Assembly (NCBI GenBank): GCA_944389595.1
Contig: CALXMY010000004.1
Location: 29-64,028 of the forward strand
Length of the DNA stretch: 64,000 nt
Source: an uncultured Alphaproteobacteria bacterium
Lineage (GTDB): Bacteria > Pseudomonadota > Alphaproteobacteria > Rs-D84
Direction of reading: 5' to 3'
This document shows, piece after piece, positions 19,316-29,703 of this stretch (positions are counted from its first letter, which is position 1; every line of letters starts with the position of its first letter). A model generated the notes under the pieces. It saw nothing but the letters and a program-made list of their open reading frames with translations. It did no database searches and was not told the DNA's origin. A program made the position numbers and the translations under genes.

Positions 19316-20217
19316 TCGCGTCCAACCCAATCCGTTGGATCAATATAGTCATTATTTTGCTTTATTCCATAATGCAAATGTGGGCCAGTCGAATTTCCTG
19401 TATTACCAGATTTTGCAACAACACACCCCGCATCAACATGATCGCCGGTTTTAACCGTTGCATATGACAGATGACAATAAATTGTTTCATATCCATCGGC
19501 ATGTGATATTTTAAGCCCATTTCCACAACTGCCATCGGTCCATACAGATTTTACCGTGCCCGATGCAGGTGTATAAACATTTGTTTCAACCGGAACAGAA
19601 AAATCCATTCCGCGATGCCCCGACGGTTCGCCCGTAAACGGATCTGGTCGTGCGCCATACCCCGATGATATACGTGGTTTTCCCGTTAATGGTTCGCCAA
19701 ATGGCAAAGTCTGATTGGCCGGAATATCGGGATGATGCGGTGAACAACGTGGCGGTTCAGGCTGTTGTTGTTCCTGATTTTGTTGCATTGATTGCATATA
19801 CGATTGATACAATTCGGCAATTTGATTGTTAAAGGCATCAATTTCAGCCTGGGTCGTTTGACTATGATTATTACCAAATATATTTATAATTTGCTGAATT
19901 TGTGCAGGCGTTAATTGCATTTGATTATTTTGCACATACGGCACCAAATTTTGCGCCGCCGCATTTGTGTTTTCCTGGATGATTTTCATTTCTTCCTGGA
20001 TTGTTATGCCCGGATACAGACAGCCGGAAATACAACGTCCCGTTTCCTTGTCGTACAATGATTTATATGGTTCGTATCCCTCTTGGGCTAATTCGATACG
20101 TTGGGTAAATGATAAATCATCCGCCGTTTGCGGAAACGATTGCGGCTTTAACAAACTGGCCGCATATACAGGAACACAAAAAAATATGCACGCAAATGCA
20201 AATCTGGCACAATTCAT
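19312..20217 (-). CDS. M23 (LytM) family peptidase with a Gln-rich linker
   Basis: HRGMDFSVP...GNSTGPHLHYGI motifs, signal peptide, and a QQNQEQQQPEPP linker. Confidence 0.85.
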   Translation of the reverse strand: MNCARFAFACIFFCVPVYAASLLKPQSFPQTADDLSFTQRIELAQEGYEPYKSLYDKETGRCISGCLYPGITIQEEMKIIQENTNAAAQNLVPYVQNNQMQLTPAQIQQIINIFGNNHSQTTQAEIDAFNNQIAELYQSYMQSMQQNQEQQQPEPPRCSPHHPDIPANQTLPFGEPLTGKPRISSGYGARPDPFTGEPSGHRGMDFSVPVETNVYTPASGTVKSVWTDGSCGNGLKISHADGYETIYCHLSYATVKTGDHVDAGCVVAKSGNTGNSTGPHLHYGIKQNNDYIDPTDWVGRD

Positions 20218-20251
20218 GGCAACAATTATTATACCAGATTTTTATAAAATA

Positions 20252-21409
20252 TTAAAACATTACTTTCGCATTGGCCATAATTGTATGTGCCACATAACCC
20301 GAACGCATATCCAGTGCATAATTTAATTCTGTATTAAAATAATTATTTATTAATTCAATGCCTATTTTACCGCGAAACAGTGCACGATGTGGGGCTTCGA
20401 CCGGAATGTTGTATGATTGTGGGCCAACCAATTGCACATGTATATTATCTGTTCCATTGCTGATTAAATCGTACCCACCCCCCAGGTATATCGACGGCCG
20501 TATAATAAAATCACTGCCCGAAAAATCAAAACCTATATTGGCACCCACAGACGCATTTAATGTGTTATACCACCATTTACCAAATGATTGGCCGGCATCA
20601 TCAATGTATTTATCGGCACTGGCACGCCAATAACGCACAGATGCCATCGGAATCATACTGATACGACCACGCGTAATACGAATGCCGGCGTTCATTTGGG
20701 CGGAATAAAAATCTGTATCATATGTGCCGTCATTTTTGGTGCCATAAATATTTTTATCAACATCCCATCCTGTTCCACCCATATTTGCACCAAAATTTAC
20801 AAAAAAGCCTGAACGCGCCAAATACTTTACAAATGCAGTCAAACTGTTTCCGGTGGCATCAGAATATATACGCGTATCATGTGTATCCGTCATTGTACGC
20901 GCATATGATACCCCCAACATTAATCCATCGGTTACATAACCGTGCACGTTTACGGCAAATCCCGTTGTGCTGGTATTAAAATCCCCATTTAAATCAGAAT
21001 TGTATCCGGCAAAATTACCAAATACCCGGCCATTTATTGCAATTTTATCCGGGGAATTATCGCATGCAGCAAAATTCGCCACACATAATCCGCGCCGCGC
21101 ATCCATTGGGCTGTTTAATATATCAAAAGCAGCATCAATATGATGAATTGTTTCAAACAATGCCATTGCTGTATTATTGAATCCCAATATTGATATTGCA
21201 TTCAAATAACGTGCGACATCGGTATTTTGCACCCTGTCTATATACGATGAAATTTCTGCACTGGGGCCAAATTCTGAATATATTCCGCCCCATGCGCGCG
21301 CTGTATCAATTAAATAATCAGGCATTGCGGCAAAAATATCATTTTTATTTGGCGCGGCGACCGCACTAAAACAAAAAAACACCGAAAATAACATAATTAT
21401 ATTTTTCAT
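20252..21409 (-). CDS. Outer-membrane beta-barrel protein, autotransporter beta-domain-like, with only a short N-terminal passenger
   Basis: Signal peptide MKNIIMLFSVFFCFSAVAA, alternating beta-strand pattern, and a C-terminal ...ANAKVMF aromatic terminus. Confidence 0.65.
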   Translation of the reverse strand: MKNIIMLFSVFFCFSAVAAPNKNDIFAAMPDYLIDTARAWGGIYSEFGPSAEISSYIDRVQNTDVARYLNAISILGFNNTAMALFETIHHIDAAFDILNSPMDARRGLCVANFAACDNSPDKIAINGRVFGNFAGYNSDLNGDFNTSTTGFAVNVHGYVTDGLMLGVSYARTMTDTHDTRIYSDATGNSLTAFVKYLARSGFFVNFGANMGGTGWDVDKNIYGTKNDGTYDTDFYSAQMNAGIRITRGRISMIPMASVRYWRASADKYIDDAGQSFGKWWYNTLNASVGANIGFDFSGSDFIIRPSIYLGGGYDLISNGTDNIHVQLVGPQSYNIPVEAPHRALFRGKIGIELINNYFNTELNYALDMRSGYVAHTIMANAKVMF

Positions 21410-21477
21410 AATGACGCGCCCTGTTTTTTGTTTATAATAAGTAAATAAAAACTATTTTTTAACAGGAAGCTTTTACT

Positions 21478-22410
21478 ATGAATACAGTCAAAACAGTATA
21501 TGACCATATACGCAGCAATAACATAAAAACAACATTATTGGTTATTACATTTCCGTTAATATTTATCGCGCTGATTTTTTTATTCACATGGATGGTGGTG
21601 CCATTAAATGACGCAATTCAAACAACCGTAAACGTTGCCATTCCAACATTTATTGCATGCATGGTATGGCTGGTTATATCATGGGCGTTTGGCGATTCAA
21701 TGATGCTGCATTCGGCACATGCGCACGAAATTTTTGACACAGACATGCAATACCGCGAAATTTTCCGCAGTGTTGAAAATGTCGCAATTGCTGCGGGATT
21801 GCCACGACCACGCGTTTATATTATCAACGACAATTCAATGAATGCATTTGCCACCGGGCGCAGTCCGCGTGATGCGTCAATTGCACTGACCCGCGGAATT
21901 ATAAAACGGCTGGACAAACTGGAACTGGAGGGCGTAATCGCCCACGAAATGGCACATATTGGTAATCGCGATATACGTTTAGACATGTTGTTAATAACCG
22001 GTGTCGGTGTTACAGTATTTGCCGCTGATATGATATTACGTTTGGCCATAATGGGTGGCAACAGCAACGACAACAAAAACAATGGTGCCGCGGTATTATT
22101 AATGGTATGGCTGGCATTTATGGTATTTAATTGGATTATAACCCCTGTTTTGCGTATGGCCATATCACGCAGTCGCGAATATGCCGCAGATGCCACCGGG
22201 GCGCAAATTACACATAATCCAATGGCATTGGCAAATGCATTGCGCAAAATCACAACTGATTCACGTGTTGAATGCCTGGACAAGGTAAAATCTATGGCGG
22301 CGGTATGCATCGCATATCCCGGTGGTCCGCGCGAATTTGCCAGTTCACTGATGGCGACACACCCGCCCGTGGAAAAACGGATTGAACGGTTGGAATCAAT
22401 GGCATCATAA
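21478..22410 (+). CDS. htpX: M48 family protease HtpX
   Basis: HEMAHIGNRD (HExxH) motif, four TM segments and a typical length. Confidence 0.88.
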   Translation: MNTVKTVYDHIRSNNIKTTLLVITFPLIFIALIFLFTWMVVPLNDAIQTTVNVAIPTFIACMVWLVISWAFGDSMMLHSAHAHEIFDTDMQYREIFRSVENVAIAAGLPRPRVYIINDNSMNAFATGRSPRDASIALTRGIIKRLDKLELEGVIAHEMAHIGNRDIRLDMLLITGVGVTVFAADMILRLAIMGGNSNDNKNNGAAVLLMVWLAFMVFNWIITPVLRMAISRSREYAADATGAQITHNPMALANALRKITTDSRVECLDKVKSMAAVCIAYPGGPREFASSLMATHPPVEKRIERLESMAS

Positions 22411-22431
22411 TAATCTTTTTGGGGGTTCAAA

Positions 22432-23022
22432 ATGGCTAGTTTGCATTTTCATTATGGCACAATGGGGTCATCAAAATCTGCACGATTAATTGTGAACGCA
22501 TATAATCAGGACAAAAACGGTAATAAAACAGAAATTATAAAGCCAAAAATCGATAACCGTTTCAGCGATGATAAAATAAATTCGCGCATTGGTATATCGG
22601 CCCCGGCAACAGTTTTATCAACGCTGCAAAATTGGTCGCCGACACCGGATACAAAAATGGTTTTAATTGATGAAATACAATTTTTTACCCCCGATGATAT
22701 TGATGCATTGGTAAAAATTGCCGACAGCCGTCCAATTATCATTATGTGCTATGGATTAATGGTGGACAGTAACGAAAACATATTCCCTGCATCACGCAGA
22801 TTAATAGAGGTCGGCGCAAAACTGCATCGTATTGAATCAACGTGTCAAATTCCGGGATGCATGCATTTGGCGACACATCATTTGCGTTATGATGCAAATG
22901 GAAATGTTATACGCGCGGGCGCACAAATCGCCATTGGTGACAGCAATTATAAATCTGTGTGCCGCCAACATTTTAATATGTTTTATCATGGCATCGGACA
23001 CAACGGCCACGGCGAAAGATAA
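22432..23022 (+). CDS. tdk: Thymidine kinase
   Basis: P-loop GTMGSSKS and a C-terminal Zn-ribbon Cys pattern (C..C...C..H). Confidence 0.88.
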   Translation: MASLHFHYGTMGSSKSARLIVNAYNQDKNGNKTEIIKPKIDNRFSDDKINSRIGISAPATVLSTLQNWSPTPDTKMVLIDEIQFFTPDDIDALVKIADSRPIIIMCYGLMVDSNENIFPASRRLIEVGAKLHRIESTCQIPGCMHLATHHLRYDANGNVIRAGAQIAIGDSNYKSVCRQHFNMFYHGIGHNGHGER

Positions 23023-23033
23023 AAATAAATATA

Positions 23034-23069
23034 TTTTTTCTTGCAATCTGTATAAAAACGTATAAAATA
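23034..23069 (+). promoter_or_regulatory. Likely promoter of tRNA-Arg (TTGCAA-N16-TAAAAT), embedded in the 20-nt motif shared with the csp upstream region
   Basis: Hexamers read directly. The -10 box lies about 11 nt before the tRNA 5' end. Confidence 0.5.
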
Positions 23070-23079
23070 TACGAACGTT

Positions 23080-23156
23080 GCGCCCATGGCTCAATTGGAT
23101 AGAGCATCTGACTACGGATCAGAAGGTTGAGGGTTCGAATCCTTCTGGGCGCGCCA
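23080..23156 (+). tRNA. tRNA-Arg (anticodon ACG)
   Basis: GCGCCCATGGCTCAATTGGATAGAGCATCTGACTACGGATCAGAAGGTTGAGGGTTCGAATCCTTCTGGGCGCGCCA folds as a cloverleaf. The anticodon loop is CTACGGA and CCA is encoded. Confidence 0.93.
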
Positions 23157-23500
23157 GAATTTTAACCGCCGGGAACGGCGGTTTAATTTTTGTGCAAGCC
23201 CAGGATTTGAACCCGAACCAGGGTTCGACAACAAGTAGATTTGCCAAACGCCGGTGCCGGCAAATCGTCACGGTTGCCCCACAGCCGACACGTTTGTGTC
23301 GTGCGAGGGAATCCTTCTGGGCGCGCCAGAATTTTAACCGCCGGGAACGGCGGTTTAATTTTTGTGCAAGCCCAGGATTTGAACCCGAACCAGGGTTCGA
23401 CAACAAGTAGATTTGCCAAACGCCGGTGCCGGCAAATCGTCACGGTTGCCCCACAGCCGACACGTTTGTGTCGTGCGAGGGAATCCTTCTGGGCGCGCCA
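23157..23500. repeat. Two identical 172-bp tandem units immediately 3' of tRNA-Arg. Each starts with a terminator-like hairpin, contains several strong hairpins, and ends with a copy of the tRNA's last ~20 nt (aatccttctgggcgcgcca).
   Basis: ccttctgggcgcgcca occurs at 23141 (genuine tRNA end), 23313 and 23485, a period of 172. The two units read as identical. Confidence 0.92.
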
Positions 23501-23504
23501 GAAT

Positions 23505-23534
23505 AAAAACGTCACACGATGTGTGACGTTTTTT
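23505..23534 (+). terminator. Intrinsic terminator closing the tRNA-Arg/repeat locus (cgtcacac-gat-gtgtgacg plus T6)
   Basis: Read directly. It probably also serves the convergent M23 gene. Confidence 0.75.
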
Positions 23535-23554
23535 ATTATTCTGTGTGCACCAGA

Positions 23555-24808
23555 TTATAATTGAATGAATGCGTCAGGGTGTTCGGACAAATATTCAATG
23601 CCACTGTCCAATACACGGCGATATTCCAGAAAACGTTTTTTATCTTCCTGGCCCAAATTACTGATTGCCGGTAATTTGACCGTCATCGGATTTACGTGTT
23701 TGCCGTCCTTGATAATTTCATAATGCAAATGTGGCCCTGTTGATAAACCTGTGGACCCAACATATCCGATTGTTTGTCCCTGTTTTACAGTGGTGCCAAC
23801 AACAACACCCTTGGCAAAGCGGGACATATGCGCATATAACGTTTCAAATGACGAATTATGGCGTAATTTAATATAATTGCCATGTCCGCTGTTATACCCA
23901 CGTGCAACGACACGCCCCGCACCGGCGGCCGGAATTGGTGTGCCGGTTGATGCACGGAAATCGACACCCTTGTGGGCGCGCGTATACCCCAACACAGGAT
24001 GTTTACGACGGTTGGAAAAACTGCTGGTTATGCGGGCGTTATTAATTGGCGTACGTTTTAACGATTTTATTGCGCCGTTTCCATTTTCATCATAATACCC
24101 GGTTTTTCCATCAGCCTTTTTAAAACGATACATTTTTACATTTCCGCGCAAAGCCTCGAACTGTACAGCCAAAACACGACCGTTATCTATTTTTTGACCG
24201 TCGGCAAAGTTTTCTTCGTATAAAACAGAAAATTTTTGACCGGCACGAACATCGCGTTCAAAGTCCATTTCAAATGCCAATAAATCGTATACTTCGGCCA
24301 AAATACCGTCGGGAATGCCGGCACGCCCCCCCGCCAGGTAAAAACTGTCGCCGTCCAATATTTCACCGGCACGATACACGGCACGTATATCAGGCTTTAT
24401 TTCAATTGTTTCGCATTGCCATTGTCCATCCGCGGTGGTTGAAATTTCTATTTGTCGCCATGGTGACGGTATTATGACAATTTTTGACACCGGCGAATCC
24501 GCATTCGTACGCACAAATTCGATTTTATCGTTGTCTGCGCGCAGACTGGTTACATCGGCATCAGATTTTAGAATTTTTGCTATTTCCAAAACATCGGCAT
24601 TTGTGAATCCCTGGTCTGTTAATAATTTTGACAATGTGTCCCCCGACGCAACGGCAACAACACTGCGATGTCCATCATCCGCCAACGTGCCGTCAACGCC
24701 ACGACGCGCAAATAATAATATTATGGCCACCAATGCCAATACGATCGCCAATCCAAATACCACTAATGCGATACTGTTTGTATTAAGAATCTGTTTTACT
24801 TTTTTCAT
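23555..24808 (-). CDS. M23 (LytM) family peptidase, membrane-anchored
   Basis: ATG at 24808 (MKKVKQILNTNSIALVVFGLAIVLALV...). HKGVDFRA...GSTGLSTGPHLHYEI motifs. Confidence 0.85.
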   Translation of the reverse strand: MKKVKQILNTNSIALVVFGLAIVLALVAIILLFARRGVDGTLADDGHRSVVAVASGDTLSKLLTDQGFTNADVLEIAKILKSDADVTSLRADNDKIEFVRTNADSPVSKIVIIPSPWRQIEISTTADGQWQCETIEIKPDIRAVYRAGEILDGDSFYLAGGRAGIPDGILAEVYDLLAFEMDFERDVRAGQKFSVLYEENFADGQKIDNGRVLAVQFEALRGNVKMYRFKKADGKTGYYDENGNGAIKSLKRTPINNARITSSFSNRRKHPVLGYTRAHKGVDFRASTGTPIPAAGAGRVVARGYNSGHGNYIKLRHNSSFETLYAHMSRFAKGVVVGTTVKQGQTIGYVGSTGLSTGPHLHYEIIKDGKHVNPMTVKLPAISNLGQEDKKRFLEYRRVLDSGIEYLSEHPDAFIQL

Positions 24809-24829
24809 ACCGGCGATTATAATTGCTTT

Positions 24830-25600
24830 ATGACAATAAATCAAGCGTTTGAAATTCTGGCCCGACATGGCGGCATTCGCGCGGCACACGTAATCACGGA
24901 AAACGCCCCCAGTTTATCGCGAATAAGTGTATGGCGAATGGCACGGGCACTGCGTCGGGGGGTGCCGGTCGCAAAAATAATCCATAAAAAATGGTTTTAT
25001 GGACTGCAATTTTATACCAACAGGCATACGCTGGATCCACGCCCTGATACGGAAACATTGGTGGATGCGGTTATATCGGAATATGGCGCAAACGCAAAAT
25101 TAAACATATTAGATTTGGGGACCGGTACGGGATGTATAATTGCGGCATTATTAAAAAACATGCCTGACGCGCACGGTACCGCAACCGATGTGTCACGGCG
25201 CGCATTACGCGTGGCACGGTATAATATGCACAGTTTGGGACTGTGCCATCGAATGCGTCTGGTTCGTCATAATTTTAATAATTCATATAATTTTGCAAAG
25301 CGGTTTGACATAATTATTTCCAATCCGCCGTATATTGCCCATGGTGATACACGTGTAAATCCGGGGGCCATGCATGACCCGCGTTTGGCATTGTATGCAA
25401 AAAATAATGGAATGGCGGCATACGAATCAATCGCCAAAAATGCCCTTGATTGGATATGTCCCGACGGGAAAATATATGTTGAAATTGGTGATGGGGCCGG
25501 ATCAGATGTTCGAAATATATTTAAGAAATATGGATGGACATTTAACCAATCATATAATGATTTGTCCAGGATTGAACGGGTTTTAGTATTTAAAAAATAA
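24830..25600 (+). CDS. prmC: Release factor glutamine N5-methyltransferase PrmC (HemK)
   Basis: LDLGTGTGCI (SAM motif I) and IISNPPYI (NPPY). Confidence 0.85.
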   Translation: MTINQAFEILARHGGIRAAHVITENAPSLSRISVWRMARALRRGVPVAKIIHKKWFYGLQFYTNRHTLDPRPDTETLVDAVISEYGANAKLNILDLGTGTGCIIAALLKNMPDAHGTATDVSRRALRVARYNMHSLGLCHRMRLVRHNFNNSYNFAKRFDIIISNPPYIAHGDTRVNPGAMHDPRLALYAKNNGMAAYESIAKNALDWICPDGKIYVEIGDGAGSDVRNIFKKYGWTFNQSYNDLSRIERVLVFKK

Positions 25601-25610
25601 TATAGTATTA

Positions 25611-26261
25611 TTATTTAAAATACGGGTTTTCACGTTTTAATATTGCAATTGTTGAATCAATGCCGTGCCCGTGCACAATATATGTTTCATCCGGCAAATT
25701 CATTTCATATAACTTTGAAATTGATTGCCACAATGCATTTGCATCGCCACCGGGCAAATCATATCGTCCAAAACTGTCACGAAATAATGTATCACCCGTT
25801 ATCAGTATTCCAAAATCAGGGAAATAATACATAACGCCACCCGGCGTATGCCCGGGTGATTCAATCACGTCCATTTTTACCCCCGGAAAAATTTCAATTG
25901 TACCGGCCCCAATGTCCACAGGCCGACGATAATTATTTTCAATTTGCGGCAATCCAAAATAGGCCAGCAAATTATTTGACCATAAAATTAAATCATTGTC
26001 ATCGCTGTTTAAAAACCATGGAATATTATACTTTTCCGACAATATGGGTGCGGCCGAAATATGATCGCCATGACCATGCGTTGAATATATTGCACGCAAA
26101 CACAACCCGCGTGATGATAATAATTTTTCCCAATCTGGGGTATTGCCCCATGCGTCAAAAATTATTGCATCACCGCCATATGTTACCAATACGGAATTGG
26201 TATTTTCCGGCGGCATATGCAAAATTTCAAAACTGGGTGTATTTTGATTATTTTCCGGCAT
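25611..26261 (-). CDS. MBL-fold metallo-hydrolase (glyoxalase II-like)
   Basis: STHGHGDH (HxHxDH) plus downstream His/Asp ligands. Confidence 0.8.
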   Translation of the reverse strand: MPENNQNTPSFEILHMPPENTNSVLVTYGGDAIIFDAWGNTPDWEKLLSSRGLCLRAIYSTHGHGDHISAAPILSEKYNIPWFLNSDDNDLILWSNNLLAYFGLPQIENNYRRPVDIGAGTIEIFPGVKMDVIESPGHTPGGVMYYFPDFGILITGDTLFRDSFGRYDLPGGDANALWQSISKLYEMNLPDETYIVHGHGIDSTIAILKRENPYFK

Positions 26262-28149
26262 CTTTTTTTGCTTTTTTGTTTATTTTTTGTTTTGTTGTTT
26301 TGCCCGAAATTATTTCCTTGATTTCATCGCCAGTCAATGTTTCACGTGCTAATAATTCTTCGGCCAATTTGCGGACTTTTTCCTTGTTTTTGGACAATAA
26401 CTTGGTTGCATCGGCATGTGCCGCATCCAACCAGGCTTTAACTTCGTCATCAACCATTTCGGCGGTTTTTTCAGACGCATTTTCCAATGCGCTGCGCGCA
26501 CCCAGTGTATTAACCTGTTTTATTGCGGCCAATCCGATTTTTTTGGATAAACCGGCCGTAGTTATTGAATAGCGCGCCAAATGCGTTGCCATTGCTATAT
26601 CACTTTCGGCCCCGGTTGTAATTTTATCAGGGCCAAAGAACACTTCTTCGGCACTGCGCCCGGCCAATGCGATTGCTAAATTTGCGCGCACTTCGGCAAC
26701 AGTCATGGAAACCTTGTCATCAATAGGCAAATGTTGAACCATCCCCAGCGCACGACCACGTGGAATAATTGTGGCCTTGTGTATGGGATCTGTGATGTCG
26801 GCATACATTATGCTGACGAATGCATGTCCGGCCTCGTGATAGGCGGTTAATTTAATATCTTCGGGACGCATCTTGCGAACTTTGCGCGGTCCCATCAGAA
26901 TTTTATCGCGTGCCTCTTCGACATCAACGGTGGCAATTTCGTTACGCCCATTACGCACCGCATGTAATGCGGCCTCGTTCAACAAATTTTCCAAATCTGC
27001 GCCCGAGAAACCGGTGGTGCCACGCGCCAAATCCTGTAAATTAACATCTGGGCCAACCTTTACCTTTTTTGCATATAAGTTCAAAATTTCACGTCGTCCC
27101 GCCAAATCAGGTAATTCAATATAAACCTGGCGATCAAAACGTCCGGGACGCAATAATGCCGGATCCAACATATCCGCACGATTTGTTGCACCAATTACAA
27201 TAATCCCGGTATCATTGGCAAACCCATCCATTTCAATTAATAATTGATTTAATGTTTGTTCGCGATCCTGGTCATTATATGAATGTGTGCTGCGCCGTTG
27301 ACCAATTGCATCAATTTCATCAATAAATAATATGCATGGCGCGTTGCGTTTGGCCAATTCAAATATTTCCTTTATCTTTGCAACACCCAATCCGACGATT
27401 ATTCCGGAAAAATCACTGCCCGATGCGGCAAAGAACGGTACGTTGGCCTCGCCCGCGATTGCGCGCGCCAATAACGTTTTTCCCGTGCCCGGTTCGCCCG
27501 ACAGCAATATTCCGCGCGGGACACGTGCACCAACATCGCGGAATTTTTTCCCATCTTTCAGAAAATCGACTATTTCCATCAATTCCTGTTTTTCAGAATC
27601 GATGCCGGCAACATCCTTGAATGTTGTTTTTGTTTTACCGGTTGTGATTTTTGTTGGGTTGGATTGCGTTAAACTGCGTCCCAGACCACCGGCCGCGCCC
27701 TTGAACCCACGGAAAATCCACCATATAAAGAACAAGCCCATCAAAATTGGAACCCATGTTCCCAAATAATCAACCCATGTTTTTGATGTATCAATTGAAA
27801 TCGTTGCACCATTTTCGGCAATTTTACTTAATAATTCCGGATCATATGTAATTGTTGCCGTATATGGCGTGCCGTCGGTTAATGTACCGGTTGCATCATT
27901 ACCACGCACGTCCATCGTTTTTATTTCGGATGCACGATGTAAAACATCTGAAAAAGTTAATTCGACCGGCTGGGGTGCGGGCTGTCCATTTACCAACATT
28001 TGTGGCGCAGTCCCCCCCATAAAAGAACGCACAATCATCGCCACAAATAATGCCGCAAATATGATTAAAAATAAATTGCCACCCCCGGCATTGATACGGA
28101 ATTTTTTGCTATTTCTGTTACTTTTTAATTGTTGATTTTGTTTTTCCAT
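26248..28149 (-). CDS. ftsH: ATP-dependent zinc metalloprotease FtsH
   Basis: Walker A GEPGTGKT, the SRH region, the HEAGH zinc motif and two N-terminal TM helices. Confidence 0.95.
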   Translation of the reverse strand: MEKQNQQLKSNRNSKKFRINAGGGNLFLIIFAALFVAMIVRSFMGGTAPQMLVNGQPAPQPVELTFSDVLHRASEIKTMDVRGNDATGTLTDGTPYTATITYDPELLSKIAENGATISIDTSKTWVDYLGTWVPILMGLFFIWWIFRGFKGAAGGLGRSLTQSNPTKITTGKTKTTFKDVAGIDSEKQELMEIVDFLKDGKKFRDVGARVPRGILLSGEPGTGKTLLARAIAGEANVPFFAASGSDFSGIIVGLGVAKIKEIFELAKRNAPCILFIDEIDAIGQRRSTHSYNDQDREQTLNQLLIEMDGFANDTGIIVIGATNRADMLDPALLRPGRFDRQVYIELPDLAGRREILNLYAKKVKVGPDVNLQDLARGTTGFSGADLENLLNEAALHAVRNGRNEIATVDVEEARDKILMGPRKVRKMRPEDIKLTAYHEAGHAFVSIMYADITDPIHKATIIPRGRALGMVQHLPIDDKVSMTVAEVRANLAIALAGRSAEEVFFGPDKITTGAESDIAMATHLARYSITTAGLSKKIGLAAIKQVNTLGARSALENASEKTAEMVDDEVKAWLDAAHADATKLLSKNKEKVRKLAEELLARETLTGDEIKEIISGKTTKQKINKKAKKDAGK

Positions 28150-29101
28150 GTCTTGTCCTAAAACTTGTTTTTGAACCTTCGGGTACGATTAAAATATTAC
28201 CTGTTAAACGTCGCAATGTGCAATGCCCCAGTGTAAATTTACAATCGTGTTGCAATTTATCTAGTGCATTTGACAACGAATTCAAGCGCGGTTGATATTC
28301 ATCCCCCCCAATTTGTTGAATCAAAGTTCCCAGCAACTTTAGCCTAATATCCATTGGTTGGTCAAACAGAAAAGAATCAACAAACACCGCGCGCCGATTA
28401 TTTATGACAGATGCCGCCATTTCCATAATTTTTTCATCCAACGAATCCCGAATTCGTCCCAAATTTTGAATTGCCAATAAAATACGTGCATCACTGATTC
28501 CCAATTTTTCTGATAACACATGACGATTTTGACGAATTCGTACACGCGTATATTTTGGGTCAGCGTTCATTTCATCCATAAAATATTTTATTCCATTATC
28601 ATCACAATACTGTTTTAATTCCGCGCGCGGAACATATAATAGCGGACGTACAATTTTTATCCCATCGCGCCATGATACACGCCGCATTGCCGCCAATCCG
28701 TATAAACCACTGCCCCGCCCCAAATTCATTAAAAAAGTTTCAATTTGATCGTCGGCCTGGTGCGCAGTTAACAATATATCAATATTATTTTCATGGCAAA
28801 AATCCGTCATAAACTTATATCGCGCGTCACGGGCGGCGGCTTCCAGGCCTGATTCTGGTTTTTCCCCGGTCCAATAAAAAATATAACATGGAACATTTAA
28901 TTGTTTACACAAATCACGTACGTATTGCGTTTCAATTTCCGCATTTTTTCGCAACCCATGATTTACGTGCAAACACGTAATGTTTGCGCCAACATTTGCC
29001 AACCAACATAATAAACACACCGAATCCACACCGCCACTGACCGCCACGGCCATTGGGGTATTTGAATATTCGCGAATAAAATCCAAAAAGTTTTGATTCA
29101 T
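28118..29101 (-). CDS. tilS: tRNA(Ile)-lysidine synthase
   Basis: PP-loop AVSGGVDS; the tilS-ftsH order is a familiar conserved arrangement. Confidence 0.88.
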   Translation of the reverse strand: MNQNFLDFIREYSNTPMAVAVSGGVDSVCLLCWLANVGANITCLHVNHGLRKNAEIETQYVRDLCKQLNVPCYIFYWTGEKPESGLEAAARDARYKFMTDFCHENNIDILLTAHQADDQIETFLMNLGRGSGLYGLAAMRRVSWRDGIKIVRPLLYVPRAELKQYCDDNGIKYFMDEMNADPKYTRVRIRQNRHVLSEKLGISDARILLAIQNLGRIRDSLDEKIMEMAASVINNRRAVFVDSFLFDQPMDIRLKLLGTLIQQIGGDEYQPRLNSLSNALDKLQHDCKFTLGHCTLRRLTGNILIVPEGSKTSFRTRHGKTKSTIKK

Positions 29102-29151
29102 AACAGCATTATTTTATGATATAATTCGCAAAAATAAAGGAAAAAGAAATC

Positions 29152-29703
29152 ATGTCAGGTAAATTAAAATCTATTGCGGTATATTGTGGCCACCAATTCG
29201 GAACCAATCCCCAATTCGCGCGCGAGGCTGCGACAATCGGTGAATTTTTGGGCAAAAACAAAATACGCGTGGTGTTTGGTGGCGGAAATGTTGGGTTAAT
29301 GGGGACGGTGGCAACCGCGGCATTGGATGCGGGCGGGCATGTTATCGGCGTTTCAACAAACAACGTTATTGAAAAACAGGAACCTGTACATACCGGTGTT
29401 GATGTTCGGGTTGTTGGCGGTGTAAACGAACGCAAACAAAAAATGTTTGAATTATCGGATGCCTTTATTATTTTACCCGGCGGAATTGGCACACTGAATG
29501 AATTAACCGATATCATGACCATGCAGCAAATTGGTGAATCAAAAAAGCCGCTGTTTTTTCTGAATACCGCAGGTTTCTGGATTCCATTTGCGCGTTTATT
29601 CATACATATGCATGATTGCGGATTTATTGAAAGCATACATGACTATAATATTCATGGGGCCGCCACCGCCGATGATTTAATTGCCAGAATTTTGGCGTAT
29701 TAA
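29152..29703 (+). CDS. LOG family (TIGR00730) nucleotide phosphoribohydrolase-like protein
   Basis: VFGGGNVGLMG and PGGIGTLNEL motifs. Confidence 0.8.
   Translation: MSGKLKSIAVYCGHQFGTNPQFAREAATIGEFLGKNKIRVVFGGGNVGLMGTVATAALDAGGHVIGVSTNNVIEKQEPVHTGVDVRVVGGVNERKQKMFELSDAFIILPGGIGTLNELTDIMTMQQIGESKKPLFFLNTAGFWIPFARLFIHMHDCGFIESIHDYNIHGAATADDLIARILAY

Noticed and set aside
23078-23564. Arg-rich ORFs across the tRNA-Arg repeats (23078-23410, 23119-23406, 23183-23515, 23241-23564)
   Set aside because: The reasoning is the same: they are periodic artefacts of a stop-free structured repeat, and one begins inside the tRNA itself.
29109-29636. 175-aa minus-strand ORF antisense to the LOG-family gene
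   Set aside because: The plus-strand ORF has clear LOG motifs (GGGNVGLMG, PGGIGTLNEL), while the antisense ORF has low-complexity shadow composition.
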